Assembly: GCA_964016885.1 (NCBI GenBank)
Contig: OZ024742.1
Location: 48,050,001-48,114,000, forward strand
Length of the DNA stretch: 64,000 nt
Origin: Eledone cirrhosa
Taxonomy: Eukaryota
Reading direction: 5' to 3'
Every line of letters begins with the position of its first letter. The stretch's first letter is position 1. The notes under the pieces are model-generated. The model ran no database searches. It saw only the letters and a list, made by a program, of their open reading frames with translations, and was not told the origin of the DNA. This document shows, in pieces, positions 42,850 through 55,496 of this stretch. Position numbers and translations under genes: made by a program.

Positions 42850-44100
42850 GTGGGCGCAGAATCCTCAAACACTCATTCCAGCGTGTTCTGTCAGAAGAAA
42901 CCGTCTCCAACTAATCCTGCCAGATCCCCAAGTAAGACTAGCCAATCTCATGGATGTTATCCAAACATCTTGCTCGGGCTCTACCACTGGGTCTCCTGGC
43001 GCTTGGTTTTGCCGATAAATCTGTCCAGCGATTATCTTTCCTAAGACATTCTAACTAAATGCCAACACTATCGGAGCTGTGATCTCTCAATTCTGAGAAG
43101 TAGCGACTCTAAATTCAAATCTAAGAAGTAGCGACTCTGATCTCTGATCTACGCACTCTATCGAGTAACGTTACTCCAAAGACCCTTCGAAAGGAGCCCA
43201 TTCTGGTTGGTTATGTTCGCAATCGTATTTTATCGGTCATTACCCAAGAGTCATGACCATAAATAAGTGTCGGCAACAGTACCACATTGAAGATAGCGAG
43301 TTTGGCTTTTACGCCTATCTGACTTCTGATTACTGAATGCTGAAGTTGGTGTATTATTGCAAGAGCTCCTGCAATTAGTGCACTTAATTCATCCTCCTCT
43401 CTTCCATCGCTCGTGAACACGGCAGCGATATACTTGAAAATCTCTACCTACTTCAGTGAAATTCCATTCATGTAGAGTGTACTGCGCAGGTTTCCTTGAG
43501 AAGTCGAGTGTCTTAGTTTTCGCAGCACTGATTTTCATTCCAGCCACACTACACTTGGCATCAAACCTTTCAGATGCAAGTCAGAGATCAACTTCTGTCG
43601 AGTTAAGTAACATCATATTGTCTACAAATTCCTACCGACAGATTTTACAGCTGTCATTCATGATACCACGTTTAATTCAGCTGGGCATTTCAATCTTGTT
43701 CATGTAAATAATGAACAGGAGGGGAGGCATTATGCATCGTTTGCACAGTTCGACACCCTCATTGAATGTTTTTGATTTAGTACAGTTTTTCGAACACAAA
43801 TTATCGCGCACTCGTAAGACATATCATTGCAGCAAGAGGCTGACAATCGATCACATACTCCTGCAAAACCTTCCACACAAGAACCCAGAGAACGCGGCCA
43901 TATACCTTTTTAAGTTCGACAAAAGAAAACTATACCTCTTGGCAATCCTCACACAATTTCCGATAAGCTGACATGGTGTCAATAATTGGTTGGCTATGCT
44001 GGTTCGGAGGGAAATCCGCGCTGTTCATAAGCTAAATTGGATTCGATATTTCACATGCATATATTTGCCAGACACTTGGCATATACTTTACCTTTGAATA
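42850..44100 (-). mobile_element. Degraded RTE-like LINE fragment
   Basis: FTSDGREEDELSALIAGA..LHQLQHSV..PTLIYGHDSWVMT is homologous to 9850-10150. Confidence 0.78.
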
Positions 44101-47100
44101 CTTTCCATTTAGTTTTTCTTCTATGACTTATTTATTAATTGTGGTTTCTAGTTTGGGCATAAATCCAACAATTGTGGGGATGAATTGAAAGTTTGTAAAT
44201 TCGAACTCAGCATTTGATTTGTATTTCATTATAATGATCTCTGGAGCTTAGACGCCAAAAATGATCTTTGTAGGATTTGAACTCAGCAAGTAATGAACCG
44301 TAATATAACTGACGCTTTCACGACACTGCCAGTCAAACAATCTATATTGATTTATTCATAGTGAAATACCATGTTTATTTTAATTCACTAAACCTCTTTT
44401 TTTCAAACTATATATGTCAATTAAGTAAAATTGTAGTAGCGTGCATATATCCCGTGATTCATCTCTTTCAACAGAAGTTGAAAGTCAAACATGAACATTT
44501 TACGTGCTGTAAACAAAGTCCAGTATATCCAGGACACAAGCTTGTTCAATTAACTACAGAATGCGTATTATCTGTTGATCTACCAATCTTCTAATCCACC
44601 ACTGTCCATAGTCAAGATGGGGCAACTTTATATCAGAAAAGAATGAGAGAGTGTTACATACGTTTTGCAAATGGTATTGCTAATCCACCTACGAATGATT
44701 TGAATATTCGACCTGCTGCAATGTACTTAGTGCATTAGTCATTTACCGGAAATTAAAAGAATACAATCTTTCTCTCTTTCTATAAAAATATGAGTATAAA
44801 AGCTGTATTCAATTACTAGAAATATCACGAAAAAAGATGTAAGCTGTACATGTCAAATATAAACGAAAATCTTCAAACGAGGAATTAACGTAGTACATGA
44901 CATAAGCAAACATACACGCACACATACACACGCAGTTACAGGTGCATATATACATATTAAAACTCAGTTAATAGTCACTGAGAGCAGGAATTTTGCCAAC
45001 GGCCGAAGTTTGCCTACTACAGCTCATTTGCCACAAAATCAAAACATATAAAAATTGTAAAATAAGTTATACATAAATGTTATTACAAAACCTAATCAAA
45101 TATTCATTTAAAAGACAAACACGACACATTCCCCAAAAGGGATAAGACTACATATGTCACTTGTGTAGAAAGCCCACAAAATACCACGTTCTGCCTGAAC
45201 ATTAGCGCAACTGCTGTCACCCAGTTTTCCCCCTCCAAACTACAGGCATATACACAGAGTAAGTCCGTTAACCTGGGCCGTGCTCACCTCTCTCACCTAC
45301 CTTTCTACAAACTGGCTGGAAGGCAGCCCTTCACTCTTCAAATTGATAATCCCCTTCATGTGGAAACTTAAACAGTTAACCAGAGCTTCACTAAAGAGAA
45401 ACATCCTTGACTTGAACAATTTCATACGCTTTTGCCATATTTCATTCACCGGGCCTACCATGCAGATAAAAACTACCTGTCTCTCCCAGCTAAAGTGTGG
45501 TTGTGGAATGATCTGTATGATGGTGTCAGCTGAAAACGTGTTCGACAGCATGCGTTCGATATAAATCCACAATCACCAATACTCAGACACAAGACCATGC
45601 GCGCATCTCAAACAGGCACGGCTGACGGCACAGCCTGTAGACTTTATCTCCAACTGACAATGTACCCCGGTAGCACTGAACCCTGGATCAATATTCACCC
45701 GAAAAAGAATGGCTAGTTGATTATCGTCGATGCAGAGAAAATCTCAAGAATGACAACGATTTTATCCGCTCCAAATCCTCTATAGAAAGTCAAGATGGAT
45801 TTTCTCCCGGCATTACTGCCCAATTGGCAGAATTATGTGAGCACGTGAAGACATTCGTGTTTATAACCCCCACCCCACCACTACTGTATTCCGTTATACC
45901 CAGGGCTGTTTCTCACACAAGATGACGAGCTGTGAAACACGCATCTACCAAACAGCGGCAACAACTGGTTTCCTTCTAGGAAAAGCTGGAGATGTAGCCT
46001 CATCGTATGATTCTACATCGTCAGCCACGCCATTGATGTTGGCAGCAAATGGATGGCTAATCATTAACACGCATCCCTTCAACAAAAGGCGAAGAGTAAA
46101 CGCTACTGTGCTGCCAGACGATGTCCTTAAAAAAGGTATGGGTTCTGTTTATGAAGCTGACAAGGCTTCCGTTTTCTATCAATCCGTATCGAGAATTCAG
46201 CGTGGTATAATCCTACATGTGCGAAGTGATAAAAGAAATTGAAAGAAGAAGAAGTTTTTATTTCCAGCAAAATGAAAATACCCTTGATAAATATCGATGC
46301 TATTAGGTTATAGAATGATTACAGTATTAGTTATATAAAGGACGCTGAAAGATCTGCTGAAATGGCAAGAAACAGCAGTCACATTTCCCCAAACCCATAA
46401 ACCATAGTGTTAAAAGAAGTATTTGTACTTTACATAATGTGGCCTTCGACATACTATGTCACTTGATTGAAATAAGAACAAATTCATTTTCTATGGAGAC
46501 GTTTTGTTCTTCAGTGTGTGAATGCTTTAAAAGTAACATGGCAAATAAACCAAAATCAAATCAACTGAAAATAAAATAAAAGCAGAAATGTTAGATAATA
46601 TGTCAAATACGAACAGCCATCTAAACAAAAATAAAAGCAACATCTTTCGATTATTTGAGAATATTAGAACATTGCCGGTAGGCTTACGCTATGAAGCACT
46701 TTTGACACGAAGTGCCGATGCGGTGTTCTTTCACAATGTTGAGAAACGCCAGAACTGACACGTCTATATAGAAGTTCCAAATAATGATTGCCCGCAAATA
46801 ATATCTAATAAGAGCTACCAGCCAACGTAACAGGAATGTTATCTCCAGCTTATAATGGCATAATAAATATAACAAACGAGATCTGGAGAAGAATAAACGA
46901 AATTGTAGGTCCATATCTACCTTGAAACATTAAAGCATATATGCGTAGATTTATTAGGAAACGAAGTTCAAAAACGAATCTAGAATACCATATAAACGAA
47001 ATACATGCAGATAATAAAATGAAAGAACTGAGCACACATGAAAAAACATAATTTCCCACAAACCAAAGGAGGCATCAGATCTGTTGGTACTAATAATAAT

Positions 47101-47272
47101 ATCGTGAGATCTAAAAACAAGGAAAATTATGTAGTAGAACAGACTACACTTGGAAATGAAAAGTTATCGTAACGAAACAAAGAAATTAAGAAACGAAGAG
47201 GAAATTACAAAAGTCCCAAAGGAAATGATTGACGTACAATTCACAAATAATAATGATAATAATAATAATAAC

Positions 47273-47342
<70 letters not shown>

Positions 47343-47602
47343 TTTCTTTATTAACCACAAGGGTTTACATAAAGTAGACATTAAGGACAGTGCAGGACAA
47401 TGCAGGACGGTACAAATGGGCATTTCTGCGTGTAAAAAAACAAAAACAGAGGATGTAACAAAAATAACAATGAAAATAACAATGAAAAATTCCCCAATAG
47501 GGGGGAGACTTCGGAGGGACATTTGTGGAGAAAGCCCAGTAAAAAGCCACAATGACCCTGACCACCAAGGCAAGTGCCCTCTCCCAGTTTTCCACCTTTA
47601 GT

Positions 47603-50600
47603 TTACAGATATATACTCAGAGTCGGCCCATTCACTCGGGCCATTCTTGCTTCTCTCACCCATCTTTCAACAAAATGCTGGGAAGAGAGCACTTCCCTCT
47701 CTACTCTGATTTTCCTTTTCAAATGAAATTTGAAAAAGTCAATCAGAGCATCACCGAAGAGGTAAGCGCTCGTCTTCAGCCCTTTCAAACGTGTCCACCA
47801 TACTATCTCTTTCGCCATGGCCACCAGACAGATAAAAACTGCCTGCCCTTCCCGGCTAAAGGAGGAGGGCGGGGCAATCCTCACGATGGACTCAGATGAT
47901 AGCTGGATCCGTCCTAAACGCGACAGCAGGTGTTCGACATAAACCCACAAGTCAGCAATTTTCGGACACTGGACGAGTGCGTGCAGGACGGTTTCGTCGC
48001 CCTGCGCGCATCTCGGACATGCCCGGCTGACGGCACCTCCATGCCTGTAGAGTTTATCCCGAACTGGCAAGGCTCCTCGGTAGCACTGCCAGGCCAGAGA
48101 TTTCTGGAAGTTGTCCATAGGCCCTGGCCCGAAAGTTCTTCCGAAGAGATTGGCTAGTTGATTTTCGTCGACGCCTAGAGTTTCCCCAAGTACGTCGTCG
48201 CTCTTCCCCTCCACTAATCCTCTATAGAACGCCGAGGTGGAGTTTCCACCGATCACATTGCCCGATTGGTCGAGGGCTGTGAGCGCCTGAAGACATTCCA
48301 GTCTCCAGGCGCTCCCTCTCGGTCTTCGCTTGACCCAGGACTGCAGCTCCGTCAAGGAAACGAGCTGGGGAAAAACGCGTCTAGCAAACGGCGACCACAC
48401 CTGATCACCGTCGAGGAAGAGGTGGAGATGTCGTAGCCTGAGCGCGTGCCTGCGCATCATCAGCCACGGCATGCCCAGCCCTCCACGTAGCGGGTGTTGA
48501 CAACAGATGGACCGCCTGACCATCGGAGCACGTCCCTTCCACAAAAAGCGAAAGAGCAAACGCTCCAGCGCAGTCAGGCGAGGCTTAGGACAAGGTACGA
48601 CGGTTAGGCGGTAGCAGATGACAGACGCGATGTACGCGTTAGCCACCTCCGCTCGACCTTTCAGGGATAGCTTCCTCTCCGCCCATTTCTGGGTGAGAGA
48701 AGCCACCCTGCTCGTCACCTCGTCCCAGTTTTTGTCCGTCTGGAGGTCCGGACCGAACCAGACCCCTAGCAATTTAACCGGTCCGTCCGTCCAGCGCCCG
48801 ACGACGCTGTTGGACGGCATGGACCTGCCTCTCCAGGTGCCGAGCTGCAGGCCCACTGACTTTTCCTGGTTGATCATTGCTCCTGTCACCGCTTCGTATT
48901 CTCTTAGTGTAGTGCCGATCGCCTCGATGTGTTTGGCGTTCGACACCACTACGGTGACATCGTCCGCATATGCTGACACGGATCTTCCGCATCCTAGTTC
49001 GCGCGGGACTCCCCTCAACGTCTCCAGTTTGTGCAGTAATGGCTCGAGAGTCAATACGTACAAGAGGGACGAGAGGGGACATCCTTGGCGGACCGAGCGC
49101 ATGATGTTGAACGGTTCCGACAGGTGACCGTTCACTCTCACCACAGAGCAGATGTCGCTGTGCATGGCAGCGATCCAGCCTCTGAAGACGGGCCCAAAGC
49201 CAGCCGCCCTCAGGACTGCCGCTAGGTAACGATGGTCGACCCTATCGAAAGCTTTCGACTGATCTAAATTGATCAAGGACCCACCCGTGCCAGGTTCCCT
49301 AGCTACCCTCTCTACGATGTATCGCATGAGGTGGAGGTTGTCGTGGATGGATCTGTCGGGAATGGCGCATGTCTGCGCCTCTCCCACCAGACCACCAACG
49401 ACAAGCGCCAACCTCTTTGCTAGCACCTTGGCCAAAATCTTAAACTCTGTGTTTAGCAGAGTTATGGGCCGGAAATTGTCTATGTTATCCCCCTTGTTCG
49501 GATCCTTTCTCAGCAGTGCCACCGCTCCTCGGCTCACAGAACTGGGAATTCTCCCGTTCTGTTGCCAGTTGCAGTAGACGTCCGCCAAGAGGCCTCCGAA
49601 CAAGTCTGGCATCTGTACGTAAAGTTCATAGGGCAGACCATCCAAACCAGGCGATTTACCCCTTGTGCAGCCAGTCATTGCCTCCCGTACTTCAGCGGCT
49701 GTTATCGGCTTTTCGCAACACTTCGCCTCAGTGGCCGAGAGCCGCGGCAGTCCGTCGAGGTAGACACTAAAGTCCATCCCTCTACCCGGCCCCCCGCTGC
49801 CCCCGAACAGCTGAGCGAAGTGTCGCTGAAAAGCTTCACACATTTGCCCGGGATCGAGTAGCATGCGCCCGTCGTGGTCCACCAAAGACCGGATCGTGGC
49901 TTTGTTGCCACGACGCGCCTCCGCCACTCGGGCCCATTGAACGGCTTTCGTCCCCTCGTGTCTGAGAGCACGCACCCTAGCTCTGACAACGCAGCCTTCG
50001 TGCTTTGCATTGAAGAATTGGTCAAGGGCCAATTTCGCCGCAAGCACGTCGGTCGCAATGCCTTTGCTAAGCGCCTCGTCTAATTTTCTAACTAGTTCTC
50101 CCTCTGCTCTATTTTTCTCTATTGCTAAAGCCTTACTAAATCTAATCGATTCTATTCTAATCGCTCTTTTCAGAGCAAACCACCACTTGTTGTTGACGAT
50201 GGCCCCCGTCAACGCCCGCTTAACTAGTTCGCTAATCCGGTCTCTGTAGGCCTTGCGCGCTGGTAAGGACGCGTTTAGCTTCCAGTAGCCGGGTCCTCGT
50301 CTATGAAGCCTATCTAAGTCAAGCACACAGATCACGAATTTGTGGTCCGTGTAGCTGACTATCTTGAATTGTGGACAGCCTATGCTAGACCTATCTATTT
50401 CCCTACAAAATACTCTATCTAGATATGATCTGGATGACCCTATGCGGTTTGTCCAAGTCCACATTGGCACATTCGGGAAATCCAATCGGTACCTGTCAGA
50501 CAGTTCAAAACGCCTGAGCAGGTTGGTGAGGCTCTTGCACCCTCCACCCCTATCCGCTAATCCCACACAGTCCCAGCGTGCATCTAAGATCCCGTTCCAG

Positions 50601-51022
50601 TCGCCCACTAACACTAAAGAGCGGGACGTTCCAAGAAAGGTCTCCAGACGCCGGAAGAAATCAGGCCGCCCTGCTCCTGTCGGGGCATAGACGGCCACTA
50701 GCCTGAAAGCTTGCCCGTCTCCGCTGGTCACGTCCAGCACCACCAGCTTACCCTCTGGGTCCAGGAAGATGGCCCGTATGGCGAGATCCAAACCTCTCCG
50801 AAAAAGCACAGCAACTCCTCCACCCGATCCAGGACGGCTGGGAGATGCGTACACATCGTAGCCGCCGAAGATCGGTGCGAAGGCCCGTGCTTCGGAGATT
50901 CTGGTCTCGCTGATGGCCACTACATCTATGTTTAGTGACCTGAGGTCGTTGAGCAGGTGACCCTGCTTCCATGACGACCCCAAGCCACGCGCATTTATGC
51001 TGCCTATTCTGAGTGAGGTCAT
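47603..51022 (-). CDS. LINE ORF2: APE endonuclease, reverse transcriptase and Cys-rich C-terminus (1139 aa, intact)
   Basis: SINARGL, ISET, VYAP, GDWN, YLDR, TDH (APE); SPGLDG, FRPITLLN, DQSKAFDRV, RQGCPLS, YADD (RT); CPRC...HALVQC. Confidence 0.97.
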   Translation of the reverse strand: MTSLRIGSINARGLGSSWKQGHLLNDLRSLNIDVVAISETRISEARAFAPIFGGYDVYASPSRPGSGGGVAVLFRRGLDLAIRAIFLDPEGKLVVLDVTSGDGQAFRLVAVYAPTGAGRPDFFRRLETFLGTSRSLVLVGDWNGILDARWDCVGLADRGGGCKSLTNLLRRFELSDRYRLDFPNVPMWTWTNRIGSSRSYLDRVFCREIDRSSIGCPQFKIVSYTDHKFVICVLDLDRLHRRGPGYWKLNASLPARKAYRDRISELVKRALTGAIVNNKWWFALKRAIRIESIRFSKALAIEKNRAEGELVRKLDEALSKGIATDVLAAKLALDQFFNAKHEGCVVRARVRALRHEGTKAVQWARVAEARRGNKATIRSLVDHDGRMLLDPGQMCEAFQRHFAQLFGGSGGPGRGMDFSVYLDGLPRLSATEAKCCEKPITAAEVREAMTGCTRGKSPGLDGLPYELYVQMPDLFGGLLADVYCNWQQNGRIPSSVSRGAVALLRKDPNKGDNIDNFRPITLLNTEFKILAKVLAKRLALVVGGLVGEAQTCAIPDRSIHDNLHLMRYIVERVAREPGTGGSLINLDQSKAFDRVDHRYLAAVLRAAGFGPVFRGWIAAMHSDICSVVRVNGHLSEPFNIMRSVRQGCPLSSLLYVLTLEPLLHKLETLRGVPRELGCGRSVSAYADDVTVVVSNAKHIEAIGTTLREYEAVTGAMINQEKSVGLQLGTWRGRSMPSNSVVGRWTDGPVKLLGVWFGPDLQTDKNWDEVTSRVASLTQKWAERKLSLKGRAEVANAYIASVICYRLTVVPCPKPRLTALERLLFRFLWKGRAPMVRRSICCQHPLRGGLGMPWLMMRRHALRLRHLHLFLDGDQVWSPFARRVFPQLVSLTELQSWVKRRPRGSAWRLECLQALTALDQSGNVIGGNSTSAFYRGLVEGKSDDVLGETLGVDENQLANLFGRTFGPGPMDNFQKSLAWQCYRGALPVRDKLYRHGGAVSRACPRCAQGDETVLHALVQCPKIADLWVYVEHLLSRLGRIQLSSESIVRIAPPSSFSREGQAVFICLVAMAKEIVWWTRLKGLKTSAYLFGDALIDFFKFHLKRKIRVEREVLSSQHFVERWVREARMARVNGPTLSIYL

Positions 51023-51057
51023 GTTTAAAATAGAGTGGAAAAGATGGGAAAGACCAC

Positions 51058-53154
51058 TTACCGTACTTTTGGTAGAGGAGGGATGGTTTTTACATCCCTT
51101 TTCACTTGATCGTCTGGTGAAGGGACCGTTGAATCGTCCCTTCGGCTGGTCGTCGGCTCTTCTAAGAGAATGTCTGAGTATACTCTTCGATTGATGGTTC
51201 CTCCTAGGTCCCTGAAATCACCAACTGCGTTGGGGAATTTCGTTTTAATATTTGTGTATTGTTTCTGTGCTATTTTTAGCAGTCTTATGTTAGTTGGCGT
51301 TTTGATTGGTGCTGGTATTATGTAGTCCTGTTGTGAAATGTCTGTGTGTTCAATTATGTAAGTCATTAGTTTCTTGTTGTGTGTATTTATTGCCGTGCAT
51401 TTGTTTTTCTGGGGGTGGGGTGTGGTTCTGCTATTTTCTTGTCGTTGTTGCTGGGTGTGTGTGTTTTGTTGTTGTGTTTGCGATGTTGGTGCTTGTGGTG
51501 GTGGTGTTGAAGGTGTTGTTGGCGGTGGGGTTGTCGCCGGTGGTGATGGTGGCGCTAGTGTGGGTGGTGATGGTGTTGGTGTTGTTGCTGATGTGGGTCT
51601 CTTTGCAGTAGACTTTACCCTTTTCTCATTTCTTTCCTCACTTTTCAAAGGCGACGATGCGCTGCTTCTGCGTTTGTGCCTTCTTACGACCTTTTGCCAT
51701 CTCTCTCCCACCTCACACTCCATGTCTGATTCTGTGAGGTCGGGGAGGGGTACCAACTCCACTCTTTCACTTGTTGTTGTTGGTGATGTTTGCACTGGAG
51801 TCTCTGTTGCAGCTGCATTTGGTATTGCTGTTGTTGTTGTTAGTATTTCCACTGCTGCTGCTGTTTTTGATTTCCGTGGAGTGGGTATGGGTGCCACGGG
51901 CCTATCGTTCCTGGTTGCCGCTTGTCCTGTTGCTGGTAGCCGTGGAGCCGGATTCGGAAGGAGGGGGGTTTTCTCCTTTCTCGGGGTCTTCTCGTTGCAG
52001 AAGGCCCTGAGGTGAGTCTTCGATCCACAGCGAAAGCATTTCGGGCGTTTGCCCTCAACACTTATGGGCAGTTGAGTGCCGTTATCGAAGTCTATCACAT
52101 CCGGGATAGCTTCGATGCACTCCTGGTTGGTTTGGATTAGCATCTCAATGGAGGAGCCGACCCAATCTTCTCTTACTTTTTTCTGTACTTGCAGTACAGT
52201 TGTTTTGTCCTCGATTCCGACGAGGACAGACGCGGCCAGCCAAGAAGGGGTCATTCCGGGGGGGACGTGGGTCAGTTTGACCCTCACAATTTTTTGCCCA
52301 CAGTAGGAGGGCACCAACACCATTTCCTCGCTCCTTAGGGTCACTACTGATTGGGCCTTTGCCTCCTGGGGTGTGGCAAAAAGTACGTCTACGGTGGCAT
52401 ATTTTTTGCCTCGGGTGATGTGCGTTTTCCGCTGCCACACAGACCCCAAGGCTTTTTGTATTTGGGCCTCTGTGGCTCTTTCCACCCTACGGGATTTTGT
52501 ACTTACTGTACGGTACGTGACCGTACAGTGCTCTTGGGTTTCGAAAAAATTTTTCGCTGCCTTGCAGATTGCTCGGTGTCCATTCTTTGTCACCATCTTC
52601 TTCGCTTCCTCTAATTCCTCATTTGTTATGAGGATTGTTTCCAAATTTTTCGCAATACCTGCAAATGAGATTGGTTTTTCTCTGCTGTTGTTGTTGTCGT
52701 CAGAGCTGCTGGTACTTTTGTTGTTGCTGCAGGTACTACGACTACTGCCTCCGCCGCTGTTGCTGTGGTTGTTGTTGGTGTTGCTGCTGCTAATGCTGTT
52801 GTTGTTTATGCTGCTGGTGATGCTGTTGCGGCTGCTACTGTTGTTTTCATTGTCACTGTTGCTGTTGTTATTACGGCTGCTACTGCTATTATTCCTGACG
52901 TCAGACGAATGAACTGGGTTTTCGTATTTCCCGCACACCTGTTTCGTCGCTGTCGTCGTCGTCGTGGAGAAACCTTGCACGCTTTGCACGAGACTTTTCT
53001 TTTCTTTCGTCACTTGCGAAAGAGAAGGGAGGGAGAGAGACACATTTAAAGAAGGGAGGGAGAGAGACAATCTTCTCTCTGCTGTAGTGATGATTGAGGA
53101 AGAAGAAGACGGAATGAGTGGGAGTGACGTATGAAATTTCTTTTTGGTAGCCAT
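51058..53154 (-). CDS. LINE ORF1 with CCHC zinc knuckle (698 aa from first ATG)
   Basis: CFRCGSKTHLRAFC knuckle, with low-complexity S/N- and P/T-rich tracts. The ATG at 53154 is in the context aaaacATGg. The ORF lies directly upstream of ORF2. Confidence 0.9.
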   Translation of the reverse strand: MATKKKFHTSLPLIPSSSSSIITTAERRLSLSLPSLNVSLSLPSLSQVTKEKKSLVQSVQGFSTTTTTATKQVCGKYENPVHSSDVRNNSSSSRNNNSNSDNENNSSSRNSITSSINNNSISSSNTNNNHSNSGGGSSRSTCSNNKSTSSSDDNNNSREKPISFAGIAKNLETILITNEELEEAKKMVTKNGHRAICKAAKNFFETQEHCTVTYRTVSTKSRRVERATEAQIQKALGSVWQRKTHITRGKKYATVDVLFATPQEAKAQSVVTLRSEEMVLVPSYCGQKIVRVKLTHVPPGMTPSWLAASVLVGIEDKTTVLQVQKKVREDWVGSSIEMLIQTNQECIEAIPDVIDFDNGTQLPISVEGKRPKCFRCGSKTHLRAFCNEKTPRKEKTPLLPNPAPRLPATGQAATRNDRPVAPIPTPRKSKTAAAVEILTTTTAIPNAAATETPVQTSPTTTSERVELVPLPDLTESDMECEVGERWQKVVRRHKRRSSASSPLKSEERNEKRVKSTAKRPTSATTPTPSPPTLAPPSPPATTPPPTTPSTPPPQAPTSQTQQQNTHTQQQRQENSRTTPHPQKNKCTAINTHNKKLMTYIIEHTDISQQDYIIPAPIKTPTNIRLLKIAQKQYTNIKTKFPNAVGDFRDLGGTINRRVYSDILLEEPTTSRRDDSTVPSPDDQVKRDVKTIPPLPKVR

Positions 53155-55364
53155 GTTTTTTTGTTTAAAATGAAATTTTGGGTACAAAACCCCAATAACT
53201 GGTTATTTAACCCCGAAGGGCCAAATAACGGACAGAAAGACCCCTCTCACGAGGAGGAGGGTGTCTTTATCAACAATTTGGTTCAAGTTTTAAACAATTT
53301 ACAATTGTTTTAACGGTTAAAAATTACTATACCTTACAGAGCCGAGCCTCCGTCAACCATGGCATTCAATAATAATAATAATAATAATAATACATCAGTA
53401 CAGAATAAAAACTCAGCAACAAGAAATAAGATAAGATCAAACGTGGATCAATGTAAGATTTTATGTAAACTTCAGATGAGCAGGGCACCTAAGGGAAATA
53501 CTATTGTAGAAAACCAAGTCATCTCACTGAAACAAACCTGAATATATATACAGTGTATAAACTAGAATATTTGGTAGCTATAAAAGTGTCAAGTGAAATC
53601 CGTTTCAATTGCAATAGGGTATGGCCTACCTTAATAGAGTACTGCAGCCATTATTAAAGACAGAATGTAGAATGTAAATGAAATATAGAATACATTGGCA
53701 GAACGTTGATCAAAACCTATTGCATGAAAACCTGTCTAAAGAGGGACTAATATGAAAGCAAATATCAAATCAAATAGATAAAATTACAGCGATAAGAAAA
53801 TGGAAGCTTCTTATATTGAGGGAAATTATCGGAAATCGAGTCATCTCTCAGCTCTTGAATATCACATATAGCAAAGACAATATAAAACTGCTACACATAA
53901 TCTACAAAATCACGATGTAATCGGTTCCATTCGATCAAATATATATATCTCAATAAAGACGCAAAACATATTGTAAATATGACACAATGGAGGCATAAAT
54001 AAGGACAGCTATATCTAGCTAGCAAGCAGAAGATCTAAAATCTTATATATGTCTCCTATTCCAGGTTGAAATATGTAACTTATGTATATGAAACTATATG
54101 AATAGAAAAGTGCTACAGAAACTAAAAGCTGATTGCTTAAATATAACAAAATATTAATTACGTATCTAACCAGAAAAACACCTATCACTACTTACACAAC
54201 CTACAGCTATTTACAACCGATATAAAAATGATTGGCCTCTCTCTTCTATGGGCAATGTATTTATCTGGAAAATAATATATTATCGCAAACGTACGACAGA
54301 AGCAAAGAGTAGCTATGAACCGGTCAGTCTTGAAAACATTAATAATTCTCGTACCATATTGGTATTTGATAAGAATTGATGGTCGAAAATCCTTTTACCT
54401 TATTACACGCTTCGGGATATTAGTGACAAATTGTATAAATTAGCCCAAATCTAATTTACTCCACTCTAGGCAATATTAAAATTGAAAACTTTAATAACAG
54501 CACTATAAAAACAATTAGATTAAAACTATTCTGTCTCAAAATGTTCATCTTGCTAAATTGTTTACATTTAGTATATGATTTATTAAACATGATATGAATA
54601 AAATATAAATTACATACATTGTTTGGATGTACTAATGCAACCAGAGAACCTGTATGTGAAGAGGCTAACATGCTAAAATTAGCAGCGCGAATACACAAAT
54701 CAACACCTATCGTCTTAAATAAGGAAACGGACATTGATTACATAAAATTTTCATCAACAACAACAATCAACTAATAACTGTAATTGTCTTCATTAATGAC
54801 AAATGTGTTCAATCCACTTTCTGTAGGAAAATTAATCATAATTGAAATTTCGTGTTTGATCGGAAGGAAATTAGACGATTAGAATGAAACTTGGAGCAAT
54901 TTCACACAGGAGAACGTTATATTAATGTGACCTTACACACACAGAACAAGAGAACATAAAAACTATAAACTGCAAAGTACATGAATTAGATTTCTAGAAA
55001 GGGTGAACAAATACAAAATGCAGAAATAATGGACATAGTTGAATAAATTACTGGTAAATAAATTACTTTCTGCTCCCCCAGCTTTCTCAATGTCTTCGCC
55101 TCTTTGAGCAAGAAAACCTGACAGAAGATATCGAACTCCTCAGCCTGAGACAACACATGCGGAATGTGAAGGTGTTTGTTCACAAAGTCGGTTAAAATAT
55201 ATTGTCTGCATTTTTATTGTTTTTTAAATTCTCAGTTCTAATTTCTCAAGATGAACTTAATAAATTATAGTTCCTGTGTAGTTCTGGAGCAAATTTTATT
55301 TAATTTTCGGTACACTAATTTGCTGACATTGCATTATAGTCGATGTTTGTGCTGCTTAGAATGT

Positions 55365-55366
<2 letters not shown>

Positions 55367-55437
<71 letters not shown>
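55367..55437. repeat. (CTA)n microsatellite
   Basis: Direct inspection. Confidence 0.97.
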
Positions 55438-55496
55438 GAGACATAGTAGTATAAAATCCATTAAAATTCGAAAATTATATATATATATATATATAT

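Larger units (their letters stand above)
47341..53367 (-). mobile_element. Full-length two-ORF L1/Tx1-type LINE embedded in (TAA)n
   Basis: ~210-nt 5'UTR, ORF1, 35-nt spacer, ORF2 and ~260-nt 3'UTR with AATAAA. (TAA)n lies immediately on both sides. Confidence 0.95.

Noticed and set aside
45100-46250. GC-richer segment, possibly a decayed piggyBac transposase on the minus strand
   Set aside because: Only vague motif echoes; no TIR or TTAA ends identified.
47930-53049. Plus-strand ORFs overlapping the LINE
   Set aside because: Antisense shadows of GC-rich ORF1/ORF2 with no recognisable motifs.
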